Program-made: the position numbers and the translations under genes
Assembly (NCBI GenBank): GCA_965224085.1
Contig: CBDCYI010000005.1
Location: 1,952,001-2,016,000, forward strand
Reading direction: 5' to 3'
DNA from: Candidatus Marinacidobacterales bacterium
GTDB taxonomy: Bacteria; Acidobacteriota; Vicinamibacteria; Marinacidobacterales; SMYC01
Length of the DNA: 64,000 nt
In this document: piece after piece, positions 10,690 to 21,135 of the stretch
Numbering within the stretch: the stretch's first letter is position 1
Layout: every line of letters starts with the position of its first letter
The notes under the pieces: generated by a model
Told to the model about the DNA's origin: nothing
What the model saw: the letters and a program-made list of their open reading frames with translations, nothing else
The model's database searches: none

Positions 10690-10840
10690 GTCAGGCACAG
10701 GTGACCCTACGATTCGCCAGCGCATTCTTGATTATAACGAAGACGATTGTCGTGCGATGCGTGTTCTGCGGGATGCTCTTGACACCTTGATCGTGATGCC
10801 AGAGGGGGGGCCGCATGAACAATACACAGCAAACGCATGA
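10690..10840 (+). pseudogene. C-terminal fragment of a TM0106-type RecB-like/RNase H-like nuclease
   Basis: 'RILDYNEDDCRAMRVLRDAL' signature; overlaps the SIR2 start. Confidence 0.65.
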
Positions 10841-11765
10841 CGCTCAACAAATACTCTCCAGCCTGAGGGACCATCTTGCGCGGCATGACAAGCCTATCGC
10901 TTTCTTCTTAGGTGCTGGCACATCTTGTGCGATCAGAGTGGCGGTGCCCGATGACAAGGATAAGACGCAGCCGCTCATACCTGCCGTTGCCGAATTGACC
11001 AAGATATGCCGGGAAAAGGCGCGTGGCTTAGGCAAAAAGTATGAAGAGACATGGCAGTTGATCGAGGAGCATTACAAGGAAATGAAGCAGGACCCTAATG
11101 TTGAGAATATTCTTTCGCGCTTGCGCATGATGCTCAACGCCGTGGGCAACACCGATACGTTGTCGGGCCTAAGAAAGGATGAAATCGAAAAACTTGAAGA
11201 ATCTGTGCGCAAGACGATAGCCGAGATTGTAACGCCAAATTTAAGCAAAATTCCTAATGAGTATCCACATCGCAAATTCGCCCGCTGGCTGATCAAAACA
11301 TCGCGCCAGAATCCTGTTGAGATATTTACGGTGAATTATGATGTGCTTATCGAGCATGCCCTTGAGGCCGAACGCATCCCGACGTTCGACGGCTTTGTCG
11401 GCAGCTTCCGACCCTTCTTTCACCCAGATAGCCTGCGCCGATCGGAGTCCGCACCTGGTGCAAATTGGACCAGACTCTGGAAAATGCATGGTTCGGTCAC
11501 GTGGCGGCGCATCAAGCAAGATGCTCGGGTCCGTGTTGTCCGAGGGGACCCCGATACGGCGGGCGAAATGATCTACCCGTCATTTCAGAAATACGATGAA
11601 TCCCGACAACAGCCCTATTCTGCCTTTACAGACCGTCTGAGCCGATTCCTTGAGCAGGATGATAGCCACCTGCAAACAGATGTGGATCACGCTGGATGTT
11701 CCGGACGACATCGCGGCCGGGCTTGCCCAAGATCAATCTCTCGGCCACGTGCTGCCATCGCCTGA
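10815..11765 (+). pseudogene. SIR2-family (NADase-type defence) protein, C-terminally truncated near 11665
   Basis: 'FFLGAGTS', 'FTVNYD', 'KMHGS' and 'IYP..QKY'. The expected GYS/GFS..D.H.N motif is replaced by unrelated sequence after 'FLEQDD'. Confidence 0.8.
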
Positions 11766-12307
11766 TTCCGGCGTTACGTTGATCGTCGGTGACGTCGAGA
11801 CTTCGCACGAGCGAGCACTCCGCGCGCAGGCTCAATGAATCGGCGTGGCGCATCGGTCGTCGCCCTCGTCGCTTCCTCAACGAGAGTTACGAGCTGGTCA
11901 ACCGCCTCCGTGTTTAGAATCGGCTTCTCTTCACGCATCACGTCTACAGTTCCCTGTGGCAACGAATCGCGAGAACAGTGGTTCGCCATTCGTCGGCGGG
12001 CCAAGGTGTGAAATCTTGGCGCTGCGGTCTTCCAGATGTCGCGCCGGTCACTTCGTCGAGGCGTCCAAGTTCTGGCATGTTGTTTACTAGTCTAACATCT
12101 CTGGCCGAGAAAGTTAGAGATCCTCGCTGCACCATCTGGAGCTTAGATGTTGCAGTTGGCTACGGGCCGCGCCAGTCACCTATGGCGGCCGGCCTCCCTC
12201 GCTCCGACCTACTACTTCATGAAGTTGAGGCTGGGAATCGTGTCGACCGCGAGCCGTCGTTGAGCGGGCATTGGACCTCGCCTCGAAAGGTCTGTCGGAG
12301 CTTCGAT

Positions 12308-12802
12308 TCAGGTCGTCTCGAAGCTGTTGTAGGAAGTACGGAGATCTACGGCGGTGTAGATCTCCAACAGAGCCTGACGCACCGGATCGCGTTCCTCGAC
12401 ATAGCGAACCTGCATAGCGCGGATGCGCGCCTTCGCTTCGTCGAACGAGACCCTGAAAGCGGACGAGTTGGCGAGCAGGTCGGCCGTGCTTCCGGCGGAC
12501 TGGTACGTCGGCTTCTCATGTCCGGTCTCGTCACGCGCGATCTTGATCGCGAGCGTTGCCTGACGTTGGGCCGAGGGATTGCCATGGTCGCGCAGACGCC
12601 GGCGCATGTTGCGCGTCCTGCCCACGTAGAGGTGCTCGTTCGGCTCACTGAGGAGGTAGACGCCAGCGGCTGCGGGTACCGGAGACGGGTGCGCGTCCAC
12701 ACGGACCGGATGCATTCCAAGCAACTGCTCATAGGCCGTCTTGATGTCCGCGATGACGGTTGCGAAGTCGACGCGGTGTTTCCGTTCTGGGTCGGTTGTC
12801 AT
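12308..12802 (-). CDS. GIY-YIG nuclease family protein
   Basis: 'GVYLL...LYVGRTRNMRRRL..H', a conserved Glu in 'LLEIY', and terminal 'YNSFETT'. Confidence 0.8.
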   Translation of the reverse strand: MTTDPERKHRVDFATVIADIKTAYEQLLGMHPVRVDAHPSPVPAAAGVYLLSEPNEHLYVGRTRNMRRRLRDHGNPSAQRQATLAIKIARDETGHEKPTYQSAGSTADLLANSSAFRVSFDEAKARIRAMQVRYVEERDPVRQALLEIYTAVDLRTSYNSFETT

Positions 12803-13125
12803 GACCGGCGCATTCTACTCCTGGCGGCCCGCCCGCGTATGTCTGATCTCCGGGCGGCGGAGGCGTCCGGCGGATTGCTCCATTTCTACCATCGGGAAGC
12901 CCGTCGTGTCCGAAAACGCGAACGGAGCGAAAAGTTCGAATCCTAGAGGCGTTCTCGAAATTTGTGGAGACCAGCCGACACGGCACTGGGTCTGCGATAG
13001 TCGCTCCCGAGCAATGTGATCCGCAAAAAAGAAGATCGCGTACCGCCGGACCGACTTTTTGCGGAGCACACCAATGCGAAACGTTCCAGCGCGCCGGTCT
13101 TGAGCCCGTTTGTGTTTTTGGACAC

Positions 13126-13521
13126 AAAGACGTCCAACTGGCGGACGAGGATGCCGAGATCGAGCCGGTTCCGACTAACGGCGGCGGCCACAGACCGGAC
13201 CCCGAACTCGACCGCCTCTCGAACATCCTCAAGAGCTTCAACGACCAGTTCGGGAACATCCCGTGGACCGACGGCGACCGCGTCCACCGACTCATCACGG
13301 AGGATATCCCGAACCGCGTGGCCGCCGACCGAGCCTACCAGAACGCCAAGCAGAACTCCGACAGGCAGAACGCTCGGATCGAGCACGACAAGGCGCTCCG
13401 GCGGGTGATGACGGGGTTGCTGCAAGACGACACGGAGCTGTTCAAGCAGTTCAGCGACAACGAGTCGTTCCGGCGGTGGCTGACGGACACGGTATTCTCG
13501 ATCACCTATGAGGCCGCGTAG
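13126..13521 (+). pseudogene. hsdR: C-terminal fragment of type I restriction endonuclease subunit R
   Basis: 'EIEPVPT..GG...PELDRLSNILKSFNDQFG...QNARIEHDKAL...ELFKQFSDNESFRRWL' is a typical HsdR tail. It is cut at the 5' side by an IS-end scar. Confidence 0.8.
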
Positions 13522-13595
13522 CGGGTGCGGGGGCTCGGGCTTCCGAGCTGGCTGACGAGGGAGGGCGCGCACCTTGAGGCGCCTATGCGGCCGGA

Positions 13596-13738
13596 GATTC
13601 GGGTTCCCCGTGCACGCAGAGAAACACCGTCCAGAAACGGGATGCCACGCTCTTGGGCGAAGACCTGGGTCCAGGTCCTGGGGAAAGATGGACATCAAGG
13701 AGCCCGGGCCACACCTGGACCAGAACGTGCTAGGCCAG
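13596..13738 (+). repeat. copy A (partial) of a ~300 bp non-coding repeat
   Basis: Shares 'caccgt.cag.aacg.gatgccacg...agacctgg.tccagg...cacctggaccagaac..gtgctag' with 30036-30351 and 31121-31430. Confidence 0.85.
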
Positions 13739-13766
13739 TCAGGAGGCCCGCGTCAACGTTTCTGAG

Positions 13767-14012
13767 TTGCGCCGCATCGAGCTCGACCCAACGTTCGACC
13801 CGAACCCACGCACTATCTTCCAGCTCGAGCAGTACTTCAAGCTTCCCTCAAGAAGCCTAGTGGTGCTGTCCGGCGCCGTTCACGTCGATGACAATGTGCG
13901 CGAGGAGGTCGTCCGTTTTGCCGCGAGTTCCGAGAACATCTTTGGACTTACGAAGGAGCAACGCAAGCACCTTAACCGATTCGTGAAGTTCCTTCGAGAG
14001 AACACCGACTGA
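13767..14012 (+). pseudogene. XRE/HTH regulator, N-terminally truncated
   Basis: Ends 'LTKEQRKHLNRFVKFLRE'; TGATG coupling to the ImmA/IrrE gene; 5' end replaced by the repeat. Confidence 0.55.
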
Positions 14013-14638
14013 TGAAGAACCGGCTGATAGACCCGCTCGCGGCGCAAGATATTGAGGACCAAGTTGACAAGGTTCTGCGTGGTCTGGGCAACCCAGAGCC
14101 ACCTCTGGACCTGCGCGACGTGCGCGAGTTGCTCAAACTCGACCTTCAATTCTACAGCAGCACGAACACCGGACCGCTGCGCGAGTTCGTGAGCAAGGTC
14201 AAGCTGGGGGCGAAGCAGCTCGCGATGAAGCCTACCCTCATCCTCGACTTGGTCCGCCAGGCAGGCTTGAAGGCCCTTTGGCTTCCTGACAGAAAGCGCA
14301 TCCTCATCGACGAAGGTATGCCTGACCTCAAGATGCGGCACACAGAAGGCCATGAGATCACACACAGCATCACGCCGCACCACCGCCTGTTCTTGTTTGG
14401 CGATGACCGCGAGACGTTGCGTACCTCGTGCCACGAGAAGCTTGAGGCGGAGGCGAACTTCGGCGCCGGACAGCTCCTTTTCATCCGGGGCCGCTTCGTT
14501 GCCGAGGCTCATGATCTTCCCCGAACGCTGGCAACCGTTCGCGCACTGGCCAAGACCTTCGGCAACACCATAACGATGACACTGTGGCGCCTCGTCGAAG
14601 AAGCGCACGATGACGAGCCCCTCTTCGGGGTCATCTAG
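14012..14638 (+). pseudogene. ImmA/IrrE-family zinc metallopeptidase, C-terminally truncated
   Basis: HExxH 'GHEITH' and 'LEAEANFGA'. Ends abruptly against an IS3 orfA scrap (LERENRELKRAN, ~14639-14674). Confidence 0.8.
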
Positions 14639-14742
14639 CTTGAGCGAGAGAACCGTGAGCTAAAGCGGGCGAACGGCGTCAGGACGTTTCGGACTAGAGG
14701 CGTCTAGGCTTGGTTCGCCCATGAAAGCGAGAATCCTCGGTC

Positions 14743-15000
14743 ATGAACACGCCGGTCCAGCCCTTGATATGGTTGGTCGTCGCCATCGCTGGTTGGATCC
14801 AGCGTGACCAACAGGCGGCTATCGTCTACTTGCTCAAGGAGAACAGAGTCCTCAAAGCTCGGCTTCGCCGGAGGAAGCTTCGTCTCACACCGACAAAATA
14901 ACCCTTTCGACGTAAGCGTTCAGATTCGGCGAACGGTACGGCAGCCGAATGACGTCCGTTCCGGCGTGCTCGAGCAAATCTCGGAACTGGGCTAAACAGC
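14743..15000. mobile_element. two head-to-head fragments of integrase-core transposases
   Basis: Plus strand 'AGWIQRDQQAAIVYLLKENRVLK'; minus strand 'VIRLPYRSPNLNAYVERVI'. Confidence 0.75.
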
Positions 15001-15059
15001 CTGGAGGGCAACGTGTGGGACGCCGTCGCAGTCCTGAAGAAGATCCTCGAGACCGCGGC

Positions 15060-15316
15060 ATGGCCGTCTGCTGCAAGACGAGAGCCTGAAGAAAGCCATA
15101 CACAAGAAGGTAGCTCGATCCTGGTCGAGGGTCGTCGGACATCTCTTCGTGCGCGCGGAAAGCGAGTTCGGTATCACCGATGACGTCCAGGCAGCTACAC
15201 AGCTTGTGATACTCCGCAGAGTCTTCGAGGATTGCGCGGTGTTTTCGCGGCGCGTTGATGAGTTCGCGAATCTCCTGTTCGAGCTCCGTGATTCTAGTCA
15301 TGTCGGGGTGTCCCAC
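15060..15316 (-). pseudogene. N-terminal fragment of an uncharacterised helical protein
   Basis: 'LCSCLDVIGDTELA...YLLVYGFLQALVLQQ' looks protein-like, then runs into transposase sequence. Confidence 0.45.
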
Positions 15317-15606
15317 ATCTCCGTCTCACCGTCTTGGGTACGTTGCCCTGGCGACAGGAAGGATTCTGTGCAGCGGCGTTGGATCCTAACTTATCGCCGC
15401 TCCCGTCAAGGTCTCGCTCGAAGGCCGTCGAGCCCTGACGAGTGCGGCGGGTCATCGAATCGGTCGGCGGCCCCATCCTCGACTTTCGCCAGCGAGGCAG
15501 GCTGCCCAGTCGTCCATGAGCCGATGACGGCGCTCGAACAGGTCCGTGCGCCGATAGGCCGCCTCAACCTTGTTCTGGACCAATCCGCCGCGGCCGTCTC
15601 CGCCAC

Positions 15607-16302
15607 CTACCCGGGATGTTTCTCCCATGATGTCTGTTTCTCGTTCATCCGGTAGTGTGTCACGTTGTAGCCGACCAGATGCGATGGGTCCAGCGGGCGC
15701 TTTGCAAACTGGTTGTGGTACACGTCCAATGCGTGCTCGGGGTCTCCTGTCATTCTCGCAGAATCAGACCAGAACTCCCGTAGCACGGCGATGCAGGACA
15801 CCGAGGTGTTCATGTCGGCAGTCAGCTTCTTCCCAGGCCCTGGTCGGTCGGGGCCGAAGACGGGAGGCGAGCGCGGGTCTGCTGGAACGTAGACATCGAT
15901 GACATCCAGACCGCGCATGGCGGTGAGCACGCTGTAGCAGTCGTCGTGCTGCGAGTTCACCGTACGATTGTGCACAACCAACATTCCAGGCTCAGACCCG
16001 CAAAACGCCTTCAGTTGCTTGTTCACCTGCGAAATCACCCCACGAAGCCGCTTTCCCGGATTGGCACCTTGGAGCACTAGTTCACCACCAACAAGGCGTC
16101 TTCGCGCCTCCTGCTCCTCTGGATTGGGATCGAACTGCTTCACCTCCACGACGATACCAGCGCTGTCAGCCAATCGGATGCGGAAATCTGGCACCTTGCT
16201 ACCGGGCGGCATCGAGTGTGCGTCAATCCGCGCGGTCCGCCAGCCGCGGGACTTGCAGAAACGGCAAAAGAGCTCTTCAGATTCATTCATTCGACATTCC
16301 AT
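15607..16302 (-). CDS. putative PD-(D/E)xK nuclease
   Basis: 'SEELF...KVPDFRI...IVVEVKQ' gives E, PD and ExK catalytic spacing; ORF appears intact. Confidence 0.6.
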   Translation of the reverse strand: MECRMNESEELFCRFCKSRGWRTARIDAHSMPPGSKVPDFRIRLADSAGIVVEVKQFDPNPEEQEARRRLVGGELVLQGANPGKRLRGVISQVNKQLKAFCGSEPGMLVVHNRTVNSQHDDCYSVLTAMRGLDVIDVYVPADPRSPPVFGPDRPGPGKKLTADMNTSVSCIAVLREFWSDSARMTGDPEHALDVYHNQFAKRPLDPSHLVGYNVTHYRMNEKQTSWEKHPG

Positions 16303-16654
16303 CTCTCAAGTCGGTGTGTTTGCGACATCCCCAAGGGCCGTAGGCCGGCGCTTGGGGATGTCGTGGCTGTCCGAGTTTTGGCACAGGACGGGTACGGAAG
16401 CAAGCCGATTGCGGCAGGTCTAAACCGCGCAATCAACGCCGGATTGACTTTTTGCGGAGCACAGGTTGACCCAGCCAGCTAGAACGAGCAGTAGGAATTG
16501 CGCGTGGTACGTCATCATGAAGCTGAAGATAACACCCTCGGGCCAGACGATTGTAAAGCCTACGGCCCTTGGCCCCGGCGCAAACACAGACACTAAGCTG
16601 CTGATTTATGGCCTATTTCAAAAGGGCCGAGTTTTGGCACAGGACGGGATGGGT

Positions 16655-17240
16655 CATGAGCCGCCTGAAGGCGGCTAAACCACTATTGGGCCTTCTTGGC
16701 CGACCAAACCAGATTCAGCTGCTCTAGGCGTTGATACTCCTTTTCTTGGTGCCGGATGTATTCACGAACAACTTCTTCATCCAAACCTACCGTGGACACG
16801 AAGTAGCCCCTCGCCCAGAAACTCTCCCCCGTGAAGTTACGCTTGCGCCCCAGGAAGTTTCGAGCCTATCGAAATTGCGCTTTTCCCTTTCATGAAGCAC
16901 ACCACACTCGACACCGCAAACTTCGGTGGAATGCTGATGCACATGTGGACGTGACCGCCCTTCAAATGCCCTTCCAAGATGCGACTTTCCTTCTGCTTCG
17001 CCAGCTCGTGAAAAATCTCTCCCAGATGCCGCCGAATCGCCCCGTAGATTTTCTTCCGTCGGTATTTGGGTATAAAGACAACATGGTATTTGCAGTCGTA
17101 CCGCGTGTGCAATAGGCTTTCGTAGTTTTTCATTGAGTCCTCCTTGTTTGGAAGTTGGCGCTTTCCAAGGAGGACTTTGTTATTACTGCCTCACACGGTC
17201 AAACCTCTGCCAGTCACCCCGGCAGAGCCGGGGGTTTACC
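16655..17240 (-). mobile_element. tnpA: IS200-type element, frameshifted Y1 transposase (16683-17133)
   Basis: 'YHVVFIPKYRRK', HUH 'HVH' and 'FMKGKS', then after a frameshift 'FWARGYFVSTVG...EYIRHQ'. Subterminal hairpins at ~16659-16678 (agccgcc..ggcggct) and ~17217-17233 (ccccggc..gccgggg). Confidence 0.9.
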
Positions 17241-17250
17241 TGTGATAATT

Positions 17251-20200
17251 ATGAAAGGTCTCGAGTTTGAGCTCGATATGGAGCAGCGCCTCCAGGGCAA
17301 GACGCTGCTCGGAGAAGTTGTGTTCGACGAGGAGCGTTGCGACTGGGTTGCGTCGGCCCTGAAAAAAACGGTGCAACATTCAGGCTCTGCGGGACTCCTC
17401 GAAGCGCAGCGCGAATTTCCCCTTACGGTCGCGCTTTGGCTGGTTAACGAAGCCTTCTTCAACTTCACCTCTGGTAAGTATTGGCCTCCTGTCCTAGGCA
17501 AGATCGGAATCACTGAGGTCGGAAACACGTCTGTTCGCCTCGGGCAGGCTTTCCTGAAGTTTCTTGAAAAGCGGAACCTTCCGCGCTTTCGTCGCATCAA
17601 GACGAGATGGTCCTATTTAGGGCCGATTCTCGCGCATTGCGGGGTTCCCGAATCCTGCCTGGCGGAATTTTTTGAGAGGGTCGTTCCACGGGCTATTGAA
17701 TACGGCGCCCATACTTCGCAAGGATTCGAAGGCCTCAAGGACAGCATTGCTTCGCTATATCTGACGAAGCCCACTGAACGGTTCATCGTCTTCGGTGACA
17801 AGGTCGCGCATGATTTTGTCCGGCGCTCGGCGGATATGTTTCAGTTCTGGCAGAGCCAGGGAGGTGTACTCGACTCGGCTTACGACGCGCTTCCAGCCCG
17901 CGTGGTCGAGGCATTCGAAGAGTGGAAATCGACTGCAGAGAAGTCTCGACGCACGGATACGGTGGTGCGGCCGTCCGTTCGCCGGCCGGTCGCTCTGCTG
18001 GACCCGCGTCAGGGTTTCTGCTTGACGCTTCCCGAGCAATCGGTCAAATCGGGACAGCATGATCTCCAGTGGGTGGTGGAAGCGGACGCATCGGAGCCAG
18101 AAATCTTCCCGGCCACGACAGAGCCCGGTGAGCAGCGGACTCAGTCGAGGGAGGTCGCGTTTGCCGAACCTTTTGCGTCTTTGAAAGTTCAACTTCTCGA
18201 GAGTGGGGATCTGCTGGGTAGTTGGGATTTTCAAGGGATCACGCAAAACAGTCCGCTTCTCTTTTTTGAGCCTGAGCTCAATAGAATCTTGGTGCGGCGC
18301 TCTATCGAGGCGGGGCCATTGGGCATTGTTCACCCGAAAGACTGGGACGTGCTGGTGGTTCGGGGCGGCAAAACTGTTGCTCCAAACGTCGTTGCGAAGC
18401 TCGGCCAGCTCCCGTTCGGATGGACCTCGCTCGTCGCCAATGTTTACGACCTGACCGATGCCGAGGACGTTACCTTCCTGGGTGATGACGGCCAGACGAG
18501 CGCATCCGTCGAGCTCGCGGATGTCGCAGCGCCGCCGCCGCGCCTCGTCCCCGGCGAGGGAGACCGTTGGCCGTCGCGGGACGACCAGCAGATATTTGTC
18601 GGCGCCGCACCGACTATCGAGCTCGAGGATCGCACTCAGCAATCCGTCGAGTCCTTCGGTGAATCTTGGTCCATCGAAGTTAGGCCCTCGCCAGATCTCG
18701 AGGGAAAACAGGAACCGTTCTCGGTCGCGCTGAAGGATCTGAATGTTCAATGCGACAGGGCGGCCACGCTCTCAAGCTACTCGGTCTTCCTAGGTCAAGA
18801 GCGCCTGCTTGGAGATTCGCCGTGGGGCTCCTTCGAAGTCTACGCGAGAGGTCCCTTGGGACAGGACGCTCACTTCTCGCTTCATGTGCTACCACGGCTC
18901 GAGATCGCCAGCGACTGGGACCCGTCGTCTGAGGGCGAGAGCTCCGCTCAGGTTCGGATCCGAGTGCCTGCCGACACTGAGCTGCGAGGCGCGTATCCTA
19001 CCGACGACGCCTCGGTCTATGAACTTACCTCTGACGGTCGGCCGATTCGTATCCATCTTACAACGATCGGGTTTCGAGGGCGGCGGTGCGAACTTCCGGT
19101 TGAAGTCGACGTTCCTTTGCCGTCCTTTGCTCTATGGGAGCCGAACGCGTCGAGACATGTTCTGGACTGGACGCGCAGCCCGCTGCGTCTATCGATTGCC
19201 GAGCTCCAGGGGCGAAATCCGTTCCTTCTACTTCGGCTCGCGACTACCTGGGGAGTTCCCTCGGGAGGAACCCTTTGTCTGCGAGGCTCGTCCGGAGATG
19301 CGCTCCGCGACAATATTGAAATTGACGACCACGGCTACGCCAAGGTGGACCTATCAAGAACGCTGTCCGAGACGACTCATCGAAGGATCTCGCGTTTCAA
19401 CCTAGTCCTCGAGCTTCAACTGAAGCGCACCGTGAATGTTCCCTGCGGAACGATTTATCAAAATTGGATGCCCGACGCACTCGAGTGCGATGTCGGGCCG
19501 TCTGAGACGAAGTTGCATTGGAAAGAGCAGATTCCTGTCGAGAATCGCGTTGTCCAGGTGCAGTCCTTGCTGACTCCGTGGGAAGACGTGCGCTCGTACT
19601 CGATACCTGACGACGTCGAAGGCGTTTGGGAGATCGACACCGCGTCACTTCAACCTCAGCCTGGACTCTTTCGCCTCGAGCTCGGTCTGACGGACACCTG
19701 GACAGATCTCTTCGAGCCCTCGGGTCGCAGCCTCCGCATCCAATCGGGTACGCATGACGATTGGCTGCGGCATCCGTTGAGCTCTGAGGAGGGGCCTTCC
19801 GGGTTCCTCTTCAGAACGCTCGTCCGCCACTACGCCGGCGATCTGGAAAAATATGAAGAGACAACGCCGGCGCTTCCCGAGGACAAGAACGGGCTCGCGG
19901 AGCGCCTCCTGCGCGCCCGTGCGACCGCTGCGGCTGACGGCGACCGCTCGCTTCGCCGGAAGCTCGATCGACTGCTCTCGTCGCTCCCTATTGAACATGT
20001 GTTGGCGGCGATCGCGGAGTGGCCGGTCGCCTTCGAGCCATCGATGATTCTGAACTCTCGGCTTTTTGCGCGGCATTGGCGACACGGGGAAGATGCTGTT
20101 TGGGGCGCGAGCATTGCGGAGAAGCTGTGGCGCCTTTGGCACCCGTTGGGCGCCTGGGCAGACTTAGTGATGCTCGGAACGGATGCAGCGGGCGCCGAAA

Positions 20201-21135
20201 AAAGATTGATTCACCATTTGGGCGATGAGCCATTGAAAACGCTCTGCCCTATTCAGCAAGGTGGGAGCTTGACCTTCTGGGGAGCCGAGCCGGAACAACG
20301 CGTTGAAGCAACAATCACGAAATTGGTCAACGAGCATGAAGTTAACGCCTTTCAGCTCGCACGTCTGGCTCCCGGCGTGGCTGTCATGCTCCGTGGCGAT
20401 CGGCCGGCGGATATCCACGAATATGACGTCGAGCTCTCGAGGAGGGATGACGGCGGTTGGCGCCTGGATAAGGACGACGTCGCCACGTTGCCGCGATCGT
20501 TCTACCAACTCGTCGGAGACAAAGCTGATCGGCGTGTTGGGTTGTTCTATCCTCGCTCACAGCGCGGATATGGCACCCATACCGATGTTCCCGTCATCGA
20601 CCTGATAAAGGCACGCAATGGGATCTTGCTGGAAACGATCCGGTCTCGATTTCAGCTTCCGAGCAGTGCCGTTGCGCCCGAGGCGTTTCAAGCCGCGTGT
20701 TTCGAGTGGTCCATTCATGCAGCCAGCGATCCAGACTGTCGGGCGCAGTTAGAGAATCTCTGCTACGACTACGCGATCCCTTTTGCGGACGATCTTTTTG
20801 CGTTTCAGCACCCCCCGGGCTCGACTCCGGAATGGCGCGCTCGGGATGAGCTCAAACATCGTTGGCTGCCAAACGCCAAACTCGAAAGGCTAATGGCTGT
20901 CCCTTTCCTCTCTTTAGCAATAGCTACGAACCTGATTTGGCGCGGAATGGGTAGGCCGTCGCTTTTTAGCATCGGCGAGGAGTGTCTTGTCGATCTGGCG
21001 GTGACGTTTCATGAGCTCGCCCCGAAGCTCCTCGAACACGACCTGACAAAAGTCTGTGCTATCGAAGCCCTCGAACGGTCACGTAGGAACCCATACGAGC
21101 TTGAATCCCGCGAAACTGACGCAAGACCTGAGTGA
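17251..21135 (+). CDS. large uncharacterised protein (~1290 aa), partner of the downstream helicase; DruH-like position
   Basis: Long intact ORF with a helical N-terminus ('YWP...YLGPILAHCGVP') and a beta-rich middle; overlaps the helicase start. The ORF-track start (17155) lies inside the IS200, so ATG 17251 is preferred. Confidence 0.7.
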   Translation: MKGLEFELDMEQRLQGKTLLGEVVFDEERCDWVASALKKTVQHSGSAGLLEAQREFPLTVALWLVNEAFFNFTSGKYWPPVLGKIGITEVGNTSVRLGQAFLKFLEKRNLPRFRRIKTRWSYLGPILAHCGVPESCLAEFFERVVPRAIEYGAHTSQGFEGLKDSIASLYLTKPTERFIVFGDKVAHDFVRRSADMFQFWQSQGGVLDSAYDALPARVVEAFEEWKSTAEKSRRTDTVVRPSVRRPVALLDPRQGFCLTLPEQSVKSGQHDLQWVVEADASEPEIFPATTEPGEQRTQSREVAFAEPFASLKVQLLESGDLLGSWDFQGITQNSPLLFFEPELNRILVRRSIEAGPLGIVHPKDWDVLVVRGGKTVAPNVVAKLGQLPFGWTSLVANVYDLTDAEDVTFLGDDGQTSASVELADVAAPPPRLVPGEGDRWPSRDDQQIFVGAAPTIELEDRTQQSVESFGESWSIEVRPSPDLEGKQEPFSVALKDLNVQCDRAATLSSYSVFLGQERLLGDSPWGSFEVYARGPLGQDAHFSLHVLPRLEIASDWDPSSEGESSAQVRIRVPADTELRGAYPTDDASVYELTSDGRPIRIHLTTIGFRGRRCELPVEVDVPLPSFALWEPNASRHVLDWTRSPLRLSIAELQGRNPFLLLRLATTWGVPSGGTLCLRGSSGDALRDNIEIDDHGYAKVDLSRTLSETTHRRISRFNLVLELQLKRTVNVPCGTIYQNWMPDALECDVGPSETKLHWKEQIPVENRVVQVQSLLTPWEDVRSYSIPDDVEGVWEIDTASLQPQPGLFRLELGLTDTWTDLFEPSGRSLRIQSGTHDDWLRHPLSSEEGPSGFLFRTLVRHYAGDLEKYEETTPALPEDKNGLAERLLRARATAAADGDRSLRRKLDRLLSSLPIEHVLAAIAEWPVAFEPSMILNSRLFARHWRHGEDAVWGASIAEKLWRLWHPLGAWADLVMLGTDAAGAEKRLIHHLGDEPLKTLCPIQQGGSLTFWGAEPEQRVEATITKLVNEHEVNAFQLARLAPGVAVMLRGDRPADIHEYDVELSRRDDGGWRLDKDDVATLPRSFYQLVGDKADRRVGLFYPRSQRGYGTHTDVPVIDLIKARNGILLETIRSRFQLPSSAVAPEAFQAACFEWSIHAASDPDCRAQLENLCYDYAIPFADDLFAFQHPPGSTPEWRARDELKHRWLPNAKLERLMAVPFLSLAIATNLIWRGMGRPSLFSIGEECLVDLAVTFHELAPKLLEHDLTKVCAIEALERSRRNPYELESRETDARPE

